Part shown: positions 10,630-21,815 of the stretch, piece by piece
How positions within the stretch are numbered: the first letter of the stretch is position 1
Layout: each line of letters opens with the position of its first letter
Assembly (NCBI GenBank): GCA_041577295.1
Contig: JBFGJG010000013.1
Location: forward strand, 1 to 64,000
Direction of reading: 5' to 3'
DNA from: Gemmatimonadales bacterium
Lineage (GTDB): Bacteria > Gemmatimonadota > Gemmatimonadetes > Gemmatimonadales > GWC2-71-9
Length of the DNA stretch: 64,000 nt
The notes under the pieces: model-generated
The model's database searches: none
What the model was told of the DNA's origin: nothing
What the model saw: the letters and a program-made list of their open reading frames with translations, nothing else
Made by a program: the position numbers and the translations under genes

Positions 10630-12605
10630 TGCCGGGATCCGTGGGGCTGGTGTGGCTGACCATCGCGCTACCGTTCGCCGGGTTCCTGGTGAACGGGGCG
10701 CTGAGCTTCTACCGTCCGACCAGTCGAGGAGTGGTGAGCGCGGTTGGGGTTGGATCGGTGGCCCTCGCCTTTGGGGTGGCGGTGGCCGTCGTGTTGGGCG
10801 CGGCTGGCGCACCGGAACACGGGCCGTTCGTCCTGCGATACTGGGAGTGGATGCCCGTCGGGACTCTCGAGATCGAGGTGGCGCTCCAGGTCGACCAGCT
10901 GTCGTCCGTCATGCTCCTCGTCGTCACCGGTGTGGGAACCCTCATTCATTTGTTCAGCGTGGGGTACATGTACGAGGATCCGGGCTACGCCCGGTACTTC
11001 GCGTACCTCAATCTGTTCGTCTTCTTCATGCTGACCCTCGTATTGGGGGCGAACTTCCCGGTCATGTTCGTAGGCTGGGAGGGCGTCGGGCTTTGCAGCT
11101 ATCTCCTGATTGGCTTCTGGTTCGACGTGGAGGCGTACGCCAACGCCGGCAAAAAGGCGTTCATCATGAACCGGATCGGCGACTTCGGATTTCTCGTCGC
11201 GATGTTCATGATCTTCCAGTACACCGGCAGCCTCGATTTCGTCGAGGTGTTCGAGGCAGCGCCGGGTGTGTTTGCCGTTGGCGGAACCGCGCTCACAGTG
11301 ATCACCCTGGCCCTCTTCCTCGGCTGCACGGGGAAATCGGCCCAGATCCCGCTATACACGTGGCTTCCCGACGCGATGGCCGGTCCGACCCCTGTTTCGG
11401 CGCTGATCCACGCCGCAACAATGGTCACAGCCGGTGTCTATCTCGTGGCGCGAGCCAACGTGTTGTTCGCCATGGCACCCGTGGGGAGCTTTGTGGTCGT
11501 CGCCGTGGGCGCGGCCACTGCGCTGTTCGCCGCCACGATCGCGTTGAAGCAGTGGGATATCAAGAAGGTCCTGGCGTACTCTACTGTCTCGCAACTCGGG
11601 TACATGTTCATGGGAGTTGGGGCGGGCGCTTACGCCGTCGGCATGTTCCACCTCGTCACGCACGCGTTCTTCAAGGCATTGCTCTTCCTCGGCGCCGGCA
11701 GCGTGATTCATGCACTGCACCACGCGTATCACGCCACCCATCGACACGACGATGCCCAAGACATGCGCAACATGGGTGGCCTCGCACGCTATATGCCGTG
11801 GACCGCAGGGCTCATGTGGGTGGCGACGTTTGCGCTCGCAGGCGTGCCAGGGTTCTCGGGGTTCTTCTCGAAGGATGGCATCCTCGCCGCCATCTTTGCC
11901 CGCGGGCACGATGCGCCAATCTACTATGTGCTTTGGGCGGCTGGGACCGTCGCGGCGTTCATGACGGCGTTCTACATGACCCGCCTGATGGTGTACACCT
12001 TCCACGGCCCCAACCGGACGGGCGAGAGCGAGCAGCCGTTTCTGCACGAGGCTCCATGGGTGATGACGGGGCCGCTCATCCTCTTAGGGATCGGAAGTGT
12101 GGCAGCCGGTCTGCTCAACCTACCGCACGTGCTTCCGGGAGCCGGGTGGTTGGAGCACTGGCTCGAACCGGTTACCGAACTCGCCGCGCAATACGTCCCG
12201 GAGGCGCATCTCGATGCTGCCGTCGAGTGGCGCCTGCTGGGTCTGGCCACGCTCGTTGCGGCCGCCGGCATTGCGGGTGTGTTCGTCTTTCTGAAGCCGG
12301 CCAGGCTGGTAACCGCCAAGCAGGCTCCGCCTGCGGCGGGGCTCGGGAAAGTGCTGCTCAACAAGTGGTATGTCGACGAGATCTACGACGCCATCGTCGT
12401 GCGTCCGGTCGTGTGGCTTTCCGAGCGCGTGTTCTGGCGAGTGATCGATGCCGGCGTGATCGACGGGGTAGCCGTCAACGGATCGGCGCGGCTCATGCGC
12501 GGCCTCGGGATTGTGGGTAGCTGGATGCAACGAGGCGTCGTTTCCGTGTATGTCCTGATCTTCGTGCTAGGCAGCATCGCGCTGCTATACACGTTCGTGC
12601 GGTAG
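10626..12605 (+). CDS. nuoL: NADH-quinone oxidoreductase subunit L
   Basis: [58 protein letters not shown]. Confidence 0.97.
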   Translation: MMPGSVGLVWLTIALPFAGFLVNGALSFYRPTSRGVVSAVGVGSVALAFGVAVAVVLGAAGAPEHGPFVLRYWEWMPVGTLEIEVALQVDQLSSVMLLVVTGVGTLIHLFSVGYMYEDPGYARYFAYLNLFVFFMLTLVLGANFPVMFVGWEGVGLCSYLLIGFWFDVEAYANAGKKAFIMNRIGDFGFLVAMFMIFQYTGSLDFVEVFEAAPGVFAVGGTALTVITLALFLGCTGKSAQIPLYTWLPDAMAGPTPVSALIHAATMVTAGVYLVARANVLFAMAPVGSFVVVAVGAATALFAATIALKQWDIKKVLAYSTVSQLGYMFMGVGAGAYAVGMFHLVTHAFFKALLFLGAGSVIHALHHAYHATHRHDDAQDMRNMGGLARYMPWTAGLMWVATFALAGVPGFSGFFSKDGILAAIFARGHDAPIYYVLWAAGTVAAFMTAFYMTRLMVYTFHGPNRTGESEQPFLHEAPWVMTGPLILLGIGSVAAGLLNLPHVLPGAGWLEHWLEPVTELAAQYVPEAHLDAAVEWRLLGLATLVAAAGIAGVFVFLKPARLVTAKQAPPAAGLGKVLLNKWYVDEIYDAIVVRPVVWLSERVFWRVIDAGVIDGVAVNGSARLMRGLGIVGSWMQRGVVSVYVLIFVLGSIALLYTFVR

Positions 12606-12615
12606 CGATGGAATA

Positions 12616-14154
12616 ATGGGATACGAGAACTGGGTGCTCGACGCGCTGCTGCTGATCCCACTGCTCGGTGGGTTGATGGTCATGCTGCGCCCGGAGGCGG
12701 AGGCGAAGCTGATTGGCCTGGTCGTCTCGCTCGTCGAGTTCGGCGTGTCGGTGCCACTTTGGTGGACGTTCGATGCGTCAACGGCGGCGATGCAGTTCCA
12801 AGCAGCGCGTCCCTGGATTCCCACGTGGGGTATCAGCTACCACGTGGGACTCGATGGCATCTCACTCTTCATGGTGCTGCTCACCACGCTGACGATGCCG
12901 CTCGCTGTACTGGGCAGCTGGAACTACATCAAGGAACGCCAGCGAGGCTACTACGCATTACTGCTCGTCCTCACCACCGGCATGTTGGGAGTCTTCGTCG
13001 CGCTGGATCTCTTCGTGTTCTATGTGTTCTGGGAGATCATGCTCATTCCGATGTACTTCATCATCGGAGTGTGGGGTGGCGCTCGGCGGATTTACGCCGC
13101 GATCAAGTTCTTCATTTACACGTTCGTGGGGTCGCTGCTCATGCTGGTGGCGATCCTCTCGTTGTACTATTTGGTTGGTCGGTCCACCGGAACCTACTCG
13201 TTCGATTACCAGCACATCCTGAGCAACATCGGCGTCGCACGGCGGTGGGGGTTTTGGCTGTTTGGAGCGTTCTTCCTCGCGTTCGCTATCAAGGTGCCGA
13301 TGTTTCCGTTCCACACTTGGCTGCCCGATGCACACGTGGAAGCTCCAACGGCTGGGTCGGTTATCCTTGCGGGCATTTTACTCAAGATGGGCACGTACGG
13401 ATTTCTGCGGTTCGCCGTGCCCTATTTCCCGGACGTTGCGCTGCACCCAACCGTGGTGGCTATCGTGGTCAGCCTCGCCGTGATCGGCATCATCTACGGA
13501 GCGCTCGTCGCCATGGTGCAGCCAGACTTCAAGAAACTGATCGCCTACTCGTCGATCAGTCACTTGGGGTTCGTCATGCTTGGGATCTGGGCGCTCACCT
13601 TGCAGAGCATCGAAGGCGCCATCGTGATCATGATCAACCACGGGATTTCCACCGGGGCGCTGTTCTTTCTCGCAGGGATGCTGTACGAACGGCGCCACAC
13701 GCGGGAGATCGCGGAGTTTGGTGGGATCGCTCGCACCGTGCCGCTCTTTGCCGCGGTCCTCACCATCGTTTCGCTGTCGTCGATCGGTCTTCCCGGCACT
13801 AACGGGTTCGTCGGTGAGTTCCTCGTGTTGGTTGGATCGTTCCGCACCTATCCATGGGCCACGGTGCTCGCCACCACGGGGGTGATCTTTGCGGCTGCCT
13901 ACCTTCTTTGGGCGCTGCAGCGGATCATCTACAATAAGCTCGATCGGCCCGAGAACGAGCAGATTGCCGACCTGAATCGTCGTGAGCTGATCGTCCTGGC
14001 GCCGCTCCTCGCGCTGATTCTATGGATTGGCCTCTACCCCGCTCCTATCCTGCGGCGCATTGAGACATCGGCCGACGCGCTGATCGAACACGTCCACGCT
14101 CACCGCGGATCCACCGTGGTCGTAGACTCGCCAACGTCTGGGGCGCAACCATGA
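12616..14154 (+). CDS. nuoM: NADH-quinone oxidoreductase subunit M
   Basis: FWEIMLIPMY, KVPMFPFHTWLPDAHVEAPT, LLKMGTYG. Confidence 0.97.
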   Translation: MGYENWVLDALLLIPLLGGLMVMLRPEAEAKLIGLVVSLVEFGVSVPLWWTFDASTAAMQFQAARPWIPTWGISYHVGLDGISLFMVLLTTLTMPLAVLGSWNYIKERQRGYYALLLVLTTGMLGVFVALDLFVFYVFWEIMLIPMYFIIGVWGGARRIYAAIKFFIYTFVGSLLMLVAILSLYYLVGRSTGTYSFDYQHILSNIGVARRWGFWLFGAFFLAFAIKVPMFPFHTWLPDAHVEAPTAGSVILAGILLKMGTYGFLRFAVPYFPDVALHPTVVAIVVSLAVIGIIYGALVAMVQPDFKKLIAYSSISHLGFVMLGIWALTLQSIEGAIVIMINHGISTGALFFLAGMLYERRHTREIAEFGGIARTVPLFAAVLTIVSLSSIGLPGTNGFVGEFLVLVGSFRTYPWATVLATTGVIFAAAYLLWALQRIIYNKLDRPENEQIADLNRRELIVLAPLLALILWIGLYPAPILRRIETSADALIEHVHAHRGSTVVVDSPTSGAQP

Positions 14155-15659
14155 GTCCTATCGACCTCAGCGGGCCTGGAGGAATGGTGCTCGCCTTGCT
14201 GCCCGAGCTCGTGCTCACCGCGTGGACCCTCGTCGTGTTGCTAGTGGTCGCGTGGCGCCATCGGGATTTCGACGACCAGGGGGCTGTTGGCCGCTTCACG
14301 TTGGTGGGGCTGATTGCCACCCTTGCCATCGTGGTGTGGTTTTGGATCGCGGATGTACGGGCCTTGGGCGCGCCGAACATGATTGCCCTCGATCCGTTCC
14401 GGTACGCTACGGACGCAATCTTCCTGCTCGGTGCCATCGGTGCGGTCTTGCTCTCACTCGGCTACCTGGGGCGCGAACGCCTGCTTGTGCCTGAGTATTT
14501 CCTGCTGATTCTGTTCGCCACGCTCGGGATGATGTTCATGGGTGGGGGAGCCGACCTCATCGTGATCTTCCTCGGCCTCGAGTTGATGTCCGTCTCGGTC
14601 TACGTGCTCTCCGGCATCAACCGACGAAGCGTGTTCGCCGCCGAAGCGGCGCTCAAGTACTTCCTCCTAGGAGCGTTTGCGTCGGGATTTCTGCTGTACG
14701 GCATCGCGTTGATCTATGGTGCCACTGGCACGACGAACCTCTCGCAGGTCTACCTGCGAACGGTCGAGCTCGGGCTCGCGACCAACATCATGCTCTTGGT
14801 TGGTGTTGGGCTCCTGCTGATTGGATTTGGTTTCAAGGTGGCAGCGGTCCCTTTCCACATGTGGACGCCCGATGTGTACGATGGCGCACCAACGCCGGTG
14901 ACGGCGTTTATGGCCGCGGCCGTCAAAGCCGCCGGGTTCGCCGCGTTGCTTCGGGTGTTGCTACAGGCGCTGGGGCCGAGCCACGAGATCTGGGTACAGG
15001 CGGTCTGGTGGCTTGCCGCCGTCACGATGATCGTGGGAAACTTGATCGCGCTCGCGCAGCGTCGCCTCAAGCGCATGTTGGCGTATAGCTCGATCGGACA
15101 CGCCGGCTACCTGTTGGCGGCGGTCACCACGGGCACCGAGCTCGGTGCGGCGGCACTGCTCTACTACATCCTCGTCTATACGCTGATGACCATCGGCGCC
15201 TTCGCGGTGCTTGCGGCAGCCGGGCGGGACGGTGAACGGGACGTGGCGATCGACGACCTGAGCGGGCTGGCATCCCGCCGTCCGTGGATCGCGTTTGCGA
15301 TGGCGGTGTTCATGCTCTCGCTGCTTGGTTTCCCTGGAACAGCCGGGTTCATCGGCAAGTGGTACATCCTCTCCGCGGCGATCGACGTCGATCAGATCGC
15401 GCTCGCTGTGCTGCTCGTGATCGCCAGCGTGATCTCAGCCGGCTATTACTTACCGGTCATTATGGTGATGTATATGAAGCCAGCTCCCAGTGAGGAGGCA
15501 CACGAGGGTGTCAACTTGCCTGGCGTCGCCCGGTGGGTCGTGGTCACCGCGACGGTAGCGCTGCTGGTGTTTGGTTTCTGGCCCAATCGCGCTTTGGATC
15601 TGGCTCGCAATGGAAGCGAAGATCTCCGGCCCAAGGCGCTGCTCAGCGTTTCCAAGTAA
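14151..15659 (+). CDS. nuoN: NADH-quinone oxidoreductase subunit N
   Basis: EAALKYFLLG, FKVAAVPFHMWTPDVYDGAPTP, KRMLAYSSI. Confidence 0.97.
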   Translation: MSPIDLSGPGGMVLALLPELVLTAWTLVVLLVVAWRHRDFDDQGAVGRFTLVGLIATLAIVVWFWIADVRALGAPNMIALDPFRYATDAIFLLGAIGAVLLSLGYLGRERLLVPEYFLLILFATLGMMFMGGGADLIVIFLGLELMSVSVYVLSGINRRSVFAAEAALKYFLLGAFASGFLLYGIALIYGATGTTNLSQVYLRTVELGLATNIMLLVGVGLLLIGFGFKVAAVPFHMWTPDVYDGAPTPVTAFMAAAVKAAGFAALLRVLLQALGPSHEIWVQAVWWLAAVTMIVGNLIALAQRRLKRMLAYSSIGHAGYLLAAVTTGTELGAAALLYYILVYTLMTIGAFAVLAAAGRDGERDVAIDDLSGLASRRPWIAFAMAVFMLSLLGFPGTAGFIGKWYILSAAIDVDQIALAVLLVIASVISAGYYLPVIMVMYMKPAPSEEAHEGVNLPGVARWVVVTATVALLVFGFWPNRALDLARNGSEDLRPKALLSVSK

Positions 15660-15699
15660 CACACACGCCCCCCGCGGGGCCGTCATTCAGGTAAAGATC

Positions 15700-17082
15700 A
15701 TGGTTAACGTCGCGCCGCTCATCTTTCGTCAATACGACATCCGTGGAGTGGTGGAGCGCGATCTCTCGCCGCAGGTGGCGCGGGCGATCGGGCAGGCCGT
15801 CGCAACGCTGGCTTGGGAACGCGTAGGGCACGCCCCGCGGCTCGCCGTGGGACGTGATAATCGTCCTTCCGGCGCAGAGTTGTCCCGTGCGGTGCGCGAA
15901 GGCATGGCTGCCACCGGCGCCACGGCGGTCGACATCGGTATTGCACCCACTCCCGCTCTCTACCTCGCGCTGCACGAGCTCATGGTAGATGGTGGTGTGC
16001 AGGTCACCGGTTCGCACAACCCACCCGAGTTCAATGGCTTCAAGATGTCGGTCGCTGGATCGACGATCCACGGCGAAGACATCCAGCTGTTGCGTCGCAT
16101 GATCGAAGAGGGTGCGCTGCGGGATGGGTCGGAGGTAGGAATCATCGAGACCGATGAGTCGATCCTCCGGCGCTACCGCGAGGCGATCGTGAGCCATAAC
16201 GGTCCCATCGGTCGGCCGGTGAAGGTCGTGGTGGACTGTGGCAACGGCGTCACGAGTCTGGTGGCGGAAACGACGCTGAGCGGTATCGGTGCCGACGTCG
16301 TTCCGCTCTACTGCGAATCGGACGGCTCCTTTCCGAATCATCATCCGGATCCCACGGTCCCGGAGAATCTGCGTGACCTTCAAGAGGCGGTGCGCCGCGA
16401 ACGAGCCGAGCTGGGGATCGCGTTCGATGGTGACGGCGACCGGATCGGCGCGGTCGATGAGTCCGGCGAGATCATTTACGGCGATCAGCTGCTAATCTTG
16501 TTCGGTCGTGATCTCGTGCATCGCATGGGTACCGGGCATGCCGTGATCTTCGACGTCAAATGCTCGAGCGTGCTCGGTGAGCAGCTGGAGCGAGCTGGTC
16601 TCGTTCCCACCATTTGGAAGACGGGCCATTCGCTGATCAAAGCCAAGATGAAGGAGCTTCACGCTCCGCTTGCCGGTGAGATGAGCGGTCACATGTTTTT
16701 CGGCGGCGACTACTATGGGTTCGATGACGCGCTGTTCGCGGCTGCGCGGCTTCTGGCATACCTGGGGCAGCGGGAGGGCCCACTTTCGCGTCTCCTTGCC
16801 GATGTGCCGAAGACGTTCGCCACACCCGAACTGCGTGTGGACTGTCCGGACGACGAGAAGTTCGGAGTGGTTGAAGCCGCCGCACGCGAGTTCGCCACGC
16901 GCTACCAGGTTCTGACGCTCGACGGCGTACGGATCTCCTTCCCAGGGGGGTGGGGGCTTTTACGGGCCTCCAACACGCAGCCGGTCTTGGTGCTGCGATT
17001 CGAGGCCACTTCCGATGCCGAACTCCGGCGGTACCAGGACGAGGTCGAGCAGTGGCTACGAGGGCAGGGCATCGCGGTCTAG
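15700..17082 (+). CDS. Phosphomannomutase/phosphoglucomutase (AlgC-like)
   Basis: IFRQYDIRG, TGSHNP phospho-Ser loop, FDGDGDR metal loop, GEMSGH, RASNTQP. Confidence 0.93.
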   Translation: MVNVAPLIFRQYDIRGVVERDLSPQVARAIGQAVATLAWERVGHAPRLAVGRDNRPSGAELSRAVREGMAATGATAVDIGIAPTPALYLALHELMVDGGVQVTGSHNPPEFNGFKMSVAGSTIHGEDIQLLRRMIEEGALRDGSEVGIIETDESILRRYREAIVSHNGPIGRPVKVVVDCGNGVTSLVAETTLSGIGADVVPLYCESDGSFPNHHPDPTVPENLRDLQEAVRRERAELGIAFDGDGDRIGAVDESGEIIYGDQLLILFGRDLVHRMGTGHAVIFDVKCSSVLGEQLERAGLVPTIWKTGHSLIKAKMKELHAPLAGEMSGHMFFGGDYYGFDDALFAAARLLAYLGQREGPLSRLLADVPKTFATPELRVDCPDDEKFGVVEAAAREFATRYQVLTLDGVRISFPGGWGLLRASNTQPVLVLRFEATSDAELRRYQDEVEQWLRGQGIAV

Positions 17083-17088
17083 CGATCG

Positions 17089-19677
17089 ATGATCTCCCGG
17101 GGGAGGTGGCTTCGCGCGGCCGTCGTCCTCGTCTTGCTGACGTTGGTGCTCGGACGCTTTCTCGCCGTTGCAAGCACCGATCAGTGGTGGGCCGAGGCGC
17201 TGGGCGTCGTGGAAACGCATGCGGTTATCGCGCGGTTAAAGACATTACTTCTCGCCGCGGCGTTCCTGTCGGCGCTGGTCTGGTGCGTAGGTAACTTCTA
17301 CTTCGTCTACCGGTCGATTGGGTCCCTGAGCGTTCCTCGTCGCCTGGGGAATCTCGAGATCTTCGAAGCCCTTCCCCGCAAATATCTGCTCATCGCCACC
17401 ATCATCTTCGGGATCCTCCTTGCGGTGGCGCTCAGTCATCGAGCAGGCTCATGGTGGTACGCGCATGCGTTGGCGCAGCAGCGTATTTCCTTGGGAATTA
17501 CCGATCCCATCATTGGGCGCGACGCATCCTTCTACCTGTTCTCGCTCCCGTGGCAACGAACGCTGCACTCCCACGTGACCGTGCTCGTCGCCGTCGTTCT
17601 CGGCATCGTTGCGGTCCTGTACGCGGCGTTCGGTGCGGTTCGGCTACACCAGCGCCGCATACAGGTGAGCACACTCGCTCGACGCCACCTCGGAGTCCTA
17701 TTGGTGGCGCTTTCCCTCGTGTTGTTGTGGGGGTACCGCCTCGAGCCAGTGGAGTACGTCGGCGGCATCCACGGAGTTCCGCTCGACGACGTCCTCGTCA
17801 GCGTGCGCCTCCCAGCAGCGAGGCTGCTGGGAGCGCTCGCGCTCATTGCCGGTGCTGGATCCCTCCTGTGGCTCTGGGTTCCTCATCCCGGGCTAGTCGC
17901 GGGCCCGTGGGTGTTTCTCGCCGTGGTGTCGTTCTTCGGACACTATGTCGTGCCCGCGTTTTCAGGCTCGGTGCGCTCACCCCAGGAGCTCTTGCTTCCG
18001 GGCGTCGAAGCCGCTAGGCCGAGGCATGTCGAGTTGGCGTTTGCGGCGGACCCCATCGAGGTGAGCCTGGACGTTCCCACCGCACCGGAGCCCGCCGCTC
18101 TCCGGCGCTATGAGCGGGCGTTACGGAGCGGCCCCCTGTGGGACGCGTTTGCTGTCCAGGTTTTCTTGGATCGCGTCGCATCCGGACCGCCACGCGCTGG
18201 GTTCAGCGACGTGCATTTGTCGGTATACCGCGAGCCAGACGGACTGCGCATTCCCGTCTATGTCGCCGTGCGGCGTTTCGACTTCGGTGCGCTGCGGAAC
18301 GACGGCGCCGAACTCAGCTGGGAGCGGGTGCACGGGGCTCCGTACGGTTTTACTCGTGGGGCGATCGCCGTCGTCGCCAACCACGTGTCGGAGCGGGGTC
18401 ATCCCGTGTTCGTACCGGATCTCGCGCGACCGTCGTCGACGGTCACGGATCCGGTCGAGCTGCATCTGGAGCGACCCGACATCTTATTTGCTCCAGGTAC
18501 CTCCGAATACGTTGTTTTGCCCACCAACGACACCAGCGTTGCAGGAGTGCGGGCCGGCGGGTTGGCCCGTCGTCTGGCACTTGCGTGGACACTGCAGAGC
18601 CCGAAGCTCCTTACCTCCGACGCCGTGAGCGACACGACCCTGGTCGTCTGGGATCGAGCGGTCGTGAGCCGATTGGAGCGCTACGCCCCATTCGCGCGCT
18701 TTGCCGACCCGTACGCGGTGGTTGTCGACCGAAAGCTCTACTGGCTCGTGCATGGATATGTATCAGCGCAAGCCGTTCCGGTTGCGCCGCGCATCGAGTG
18801 GCGTGGTGAAAGCGTAGGCTTTCTGCGGTCCGGGCTGATTGGTGTTGTTGAGGCGTGGTCTGGAAAAACCACCGTCTATATCCTGCGAGATGCCGACCCC
18901 ATCAGCCGGGCGTGGGCGCAGCTAACCCCCGCGCTGGTTCGACCGCTCGATGAGTTACCGGGCGCGCTTCGCGCCCATCTGCGCTATCCCCGCACCTTGT
19001 TCGCTGTGCAGCGTGAGGTCTTGCGCCACAGCCGACTCCGGGATGTCATGGGGGCCGATCCAGAGGTGCGGGTGGGCGCGCGAATTCCGGCGACGGCGCG
19101 GTTCGACGGATTCTGGTGGGTGGGTGCCACGCCCATCGATACGGTCAGTCGGATGCGCTTGGCGGGTGCGTTTGAGATGGGCGATCCACCCCTGCTCGCG
19201 GCGGTCGCGGACGGCAGCGTGGTCGATGGACGTCTCACCCTCACGCTGATGCGACTGCGGGAGCCGTTCGATGTGGAGGGACCCTCAATGCTCCCCCGCC
19301 GGCTTGCGCTGCAACGGCCGCCTGGGCTCGACGGCGTGGACGGAACGGTCCGAACCCTGGTCCTCGAGGAAGGTGCCTTGAGGATCCAGCCCTTGTACGG
19401 CGGGGGAACCGATGGGTTCGATGAGGCACCGCACGTGCTGGAGATCGGCCTCGCCTGGGGGAACCTGGTGGGGAGGGGGGCGGACCTCCCAGAGGCCCTA
19501 CGCAATCTCGAACGGGCGACGGGAGGAGTCGACCTGACGGCGCCGCGGTGGAGTGAGGCACGCCGCTGGTTCCATGTGCTCGATTCGGCGCGGATCGTCG
19601 GCGATTGGCGCACGTTTGGACGGGCGTACGAAACGCTGAAGCGGCTCCTTGGGGCGGGGCGTGATACGACGCCGTAG
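17089..19677 (+). CDS. UPF0182 (COG1615)-like membrane protein
   Basis: N-terminal multi-TM region with DPIIGRDASFYLFSLP, later DPYAVV..KLYWL..Y, HLRYP..LF..Q, and C-terminal GDWRTFG. Confidence 0.75.
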   Translation: MISRGRWLRAAVVLVLLTLVLGRFLAVASTDQWWAEALGVVETHAVIARLKTLLLAAAFLSALVWCVGNFYFVYRSIGSLSVPRRLGNLEIFEALPRKYLLIATIIFGILLAVALSHRAGSWWYAHALAQQRISLGITDPIIGRDASFYLFSLPWQRTLHSHVTVLVAVVLGIVAVLYAAFGAVRLHQRRIQVSTLARRHLGVLLVALSLVLLWGYRLEPVEYVGGIHGVPLDDVLVSVRLPAARLLGALALIAGAGSLLWLWVPHPGLVAGPWVFLAVVSFFGHYVVPAFSGSVRSPQELLLPGVEAARPRHVELAFAADPIEVSLDVPTAPEPAALRRYERALRSGPLWDAFAVQVFLDRVASGPPRAGFSDVHLSVYREPDGLRIPVYVAVRRFDFGALRNDGAELSWERVHGAPYGFTRGAIAVVANHVSERGHPVFVPDLARPSSTVTDPVELHLERPDILFAPGTSEYVVLPTNDTSVAGVRAGGLARRLALAWTLQSPKLLTSDAVSDTTLVVWDRAVVSRLERYAPFARFADPYAVVVDRKLYWLVHGYVSAQAVPVAPRIEWRGESVGFLRSGLIGVVEAWSGKTTVYILRDADPISRAWAQLTPALVRPLDELPGALRAHLRYPRTLFAVQREVLRHSRLRDVMGADPEVRVGARIPATARFDGFWWVGATPIDTVSRMRLAGAFEMGDPPLLAAVADGSVVDGRLTLTLMRLREPFDVEGPSMLPRRLALQRPPGLDGVDGTVRTLVLEEGALRIQPLYGGGTDGFDEAPHVLEIGLAWGNLVGRGADLPEALRNLERATGGVDLTAPRWSEARRWFHVLDSARIVGDWRTFGRAYETLKRLLGAGRDTTP

Positions 19678-19681
19678 CCGG

Positions 19682-19710
19682 TTGCTGCGTCTCGCACGGC
19701 TCGCTAGCTT
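19682..19710 (+). promoter_or_regulatory. Putative sigma70 promoter of arcC-sucCD operon
   Basis: TTGCTG-N17-TAGCTT, 12 nt before GTG 19723. Confidence 0.45.
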
Positions 19711-19722
19711 GCACGCGCTTTC

Positions 19723-20682
19723 GTGACCACTACTCCCGGGACGATCGTCATCGCTTTAGGCGGAAACGCCCTCGCACCGGCCGGTGCGCCGGCGACTATT
19801 CACGACCAGTTTCGCCATACCCGATCGTCGTTGGATACCGTGGTGGCGTTGGCGCGTGACGGATGGCACATTGCCCTCGTTCACGGTAATGGCCCGCAGG
19901 TGGGCGACGCGCTCGAACGTAACGAGATGGCGCTCGAAAACGTCGCTCCCCTCCCACTCGGTGTGCTGGTGGCAGCGACCGCCGGCTGGATTGGGTACAT
20001 GATTCAGCAGTCGCTGCAGAACGCCTTGTACCGCGGCGGCGTGACGCGCGAAGTGCTCACGGTGATCACCCAGACCCGCGTGGCGGCGGACGATCCGGAG
20101 CTGACCCGGCCATCGAAACCCATTGGCCACGCACTCTCGCCAGGGCGCGTGGCCGCGCTGGAGCGGCGTGGTGTCGCCGTGCGCCGGGACACTCGAGGTC
20201 GGGCTCGCCGCTTGGCTCCGAGCCCGGATCCGCAGGATATCGTTGAGGCCGCCGCGGTGAAGCAACTCGTGGACGAGGGCAAGATCGTGATCGCTGCTGG
20301 TGGTGGTGGGCCACCGGTATACCCACACGCGCAGCTCGGTTGGGAGGGCATTGACGCCGTCGTCGACAAAGATCGCGCCGCGGCCGTGCTCGGGCACCGC
20401 CTCGGGGCCGATACGCTGCTCATTCTCACGGACGTCGATGCCGTATATCGGGGGTGGGGAACGGATCGGGCTCAGGCGCTGCGTGAGTTATCGGTGGCGG
20501 AAGCCGAGCAGATGATTGTGGCCGGCGAGTTAGGAGTCGGCAGCATGCAACCAAAGGTTGGAGCCGCTGCCGCATTTGTCAGAGGTGGCGGGCGGCGTGC
20601 GGTGATCGGTCACTTGGAACACGGTCTCGAGGCCATGCGCGGGCAGCAGGGGACCCACATCCTACGGGAGCAGAATCAGTGA
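19723..20682 (+). CDS. arcC: Carbamate kinase
   Basis: VIALGGNAL, HGNGPQVG, PSKPIG, GGGGPPV, AVVDKD, GSMQPKV. Confidence 0.92.
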   Translation: MTTTPGTIVIALGGNALAPAGAPATIHDQFRHTRSSLDTVVALARDGWHIALVHGNGPQVGDALERNEMALENVAPLPLGVLVAATAGWIGYMIQQSLQNALYRGGVTREVLTVITQTRVAADDPELTRPSKPIGHALSPGRVAALERRGVAVRRDTRGRARRLAPSPDPQDIVEAAAVKQLVDEGKIVIAAGGGGPPVYPHAQLGWEGIDAVVDKDRAAAVLGHRLGADTLLILTDVDAVYRGWGTDRAQALRELSVAEAEQMIVAGELGVGSMQPKVGAAAAFVRGGGRRAVIGHLEHGLEAMRGQQGTHILREQNQ

Positions 20683-21815
20683 ATCTGCACGAATATCAAG
20701 CGCGGCAGTTACTCAAGAACGCCGGCATCCCGGTGACGGGTGGTGACGTAGCGACGACCGCCGATGAAGTCGAGCAGATCGCTCGTCAGCTGGGCGGTGC
20801 GGTGGTGGTGAAAGCACAGGTGCACGCGGGTGGACGGGGCAAAGCGGGCGGGGTCAAGTTGGCAGCAACGGCAGCGGAGGCCAAACAGATTGCAAATAAG
20901 ATACTCGGCATGCAGATCAAGGGCCTCACGGTTGCCAAAGTACTGGTGGTGCCGGCCGTGGACATCGCGTCGGAGAGCTACGTGGGGATCATCGTGGATC
21001 GTGTGTCTCAACGACCGGTGATCATGGTCAGTCCAGCGGGGGGGATCGACATCGAGGAGGTGGCCGCCAGCACACCGGAGAAGATTTTTCGCGTCGCTGT
21101 CGACCCCCGCTACGGTCTCCTCCCCCATCAGGCGATGGGGCTGGCGTTCCGGCTGTTCGATGACATTCGACAGGTACGGGCCGCGACCACCATCATGCGG
21201 AACTTGTATACCGCATTCCGTAACGCGGGGGGATCGCTGGCCGAAATCAATCCGCTCGTGACCACGGCCGAGGGCGAGGTGCTCGCACTCGATGCGAAGA
21301 TCGTCGTCGATGACAACGAGCTCGAACGAAGACCAGAGATGGCAAAATTGCGGGATCACACCGCAGAGAATCCCGCGGAGGTGACCGCGAGAAATGCCGG
21401 TCTGTCCTACATCAAGCTCGACGGCCGCGTGGGTTGCTGCGTCAATGGAGCTGGCCTGGCGATGGCGACGATGGATCTCGTCAAGTACTACGGTGGTGAG
21501 CCGGCCAACTTTCTGGACATCGGCGGAAGCAGCAATCCCGACAAGGTCATCGCCGCACTCGAGATCATCACGAGCGACCCGAACGTCAAGACGATCCTCT
21601 TCAATATCTTCGGTGGAATCACACGGTGTGACGACGTCGCGAACGGAATCGTCGCCGCGACCACCAAACGGAAGCTGGACAGGCCGATGGTAATTCGTTT
21701 GACGGGTACCAACGAGGATTTGGCGGTGGACATCTTGCGCAATGCAGGATTCGAGGCGCTGACAGACATGGACGAGGCCGTGCAGGAAGCGGTGAAGCTA
21801 GCGGGGGTCGCATGA
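20679..21815 (+). CDS. sucC: Succinyl-CoA ligase beta subunit
   Basis: [44 protein letters not shown]. Confidence 0.97.
   Translation: MNLHEYQARQLLKNAGIPVTGGDVATTADEVEQIARQLGGAVVVKAQVHAGGRGKAGGVKLAATAAEAKQIANKILGMQIKGLTVAKVLVVPAVDIASESYVGIIVDRVSQRPVIMVSPAGGIDIEEVAASTPEKIFRVAVDPRYGLLPHQAMGLAFRLFDDIRQVRAATTIMRNLYTAFRNAGGSLAEINPLVTTAEGEVLALDAKIVVDDNELERRPEMAKLRDHTAENPAEVTARNAGLSYIKLDGRVGCCVNGAGLAMATMDLVKYYGGEPANFLDIGGSSNPDKVIAALEIITSDPNVKTILFNIFGGITRCDDVANGIVAATTKRKLDRPMVIRLTGTNEDLAVDILRNAGFEALTDMDEAVQEAVKLAGVA

Noticed and set aside
10652..12520. Long alternative-frame and antisense ORFs (622 aa here; also 3135-4232, 27697-28752, 33560-34705, 36185-37252)
   Set aside because: Shadow frames of strong genes in GC-rich DNA with no recognisable motifs.
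14851..14859. Other DnaA-box-like 9-mers (14851, 38268, 43100)
   Set aside because: Single mismatch, isolated and inside coding sequence; expected by chance.
15667..15680. Intrinsic terminator after nuoN
   Set aside because: 5-bp stem with no U tract.
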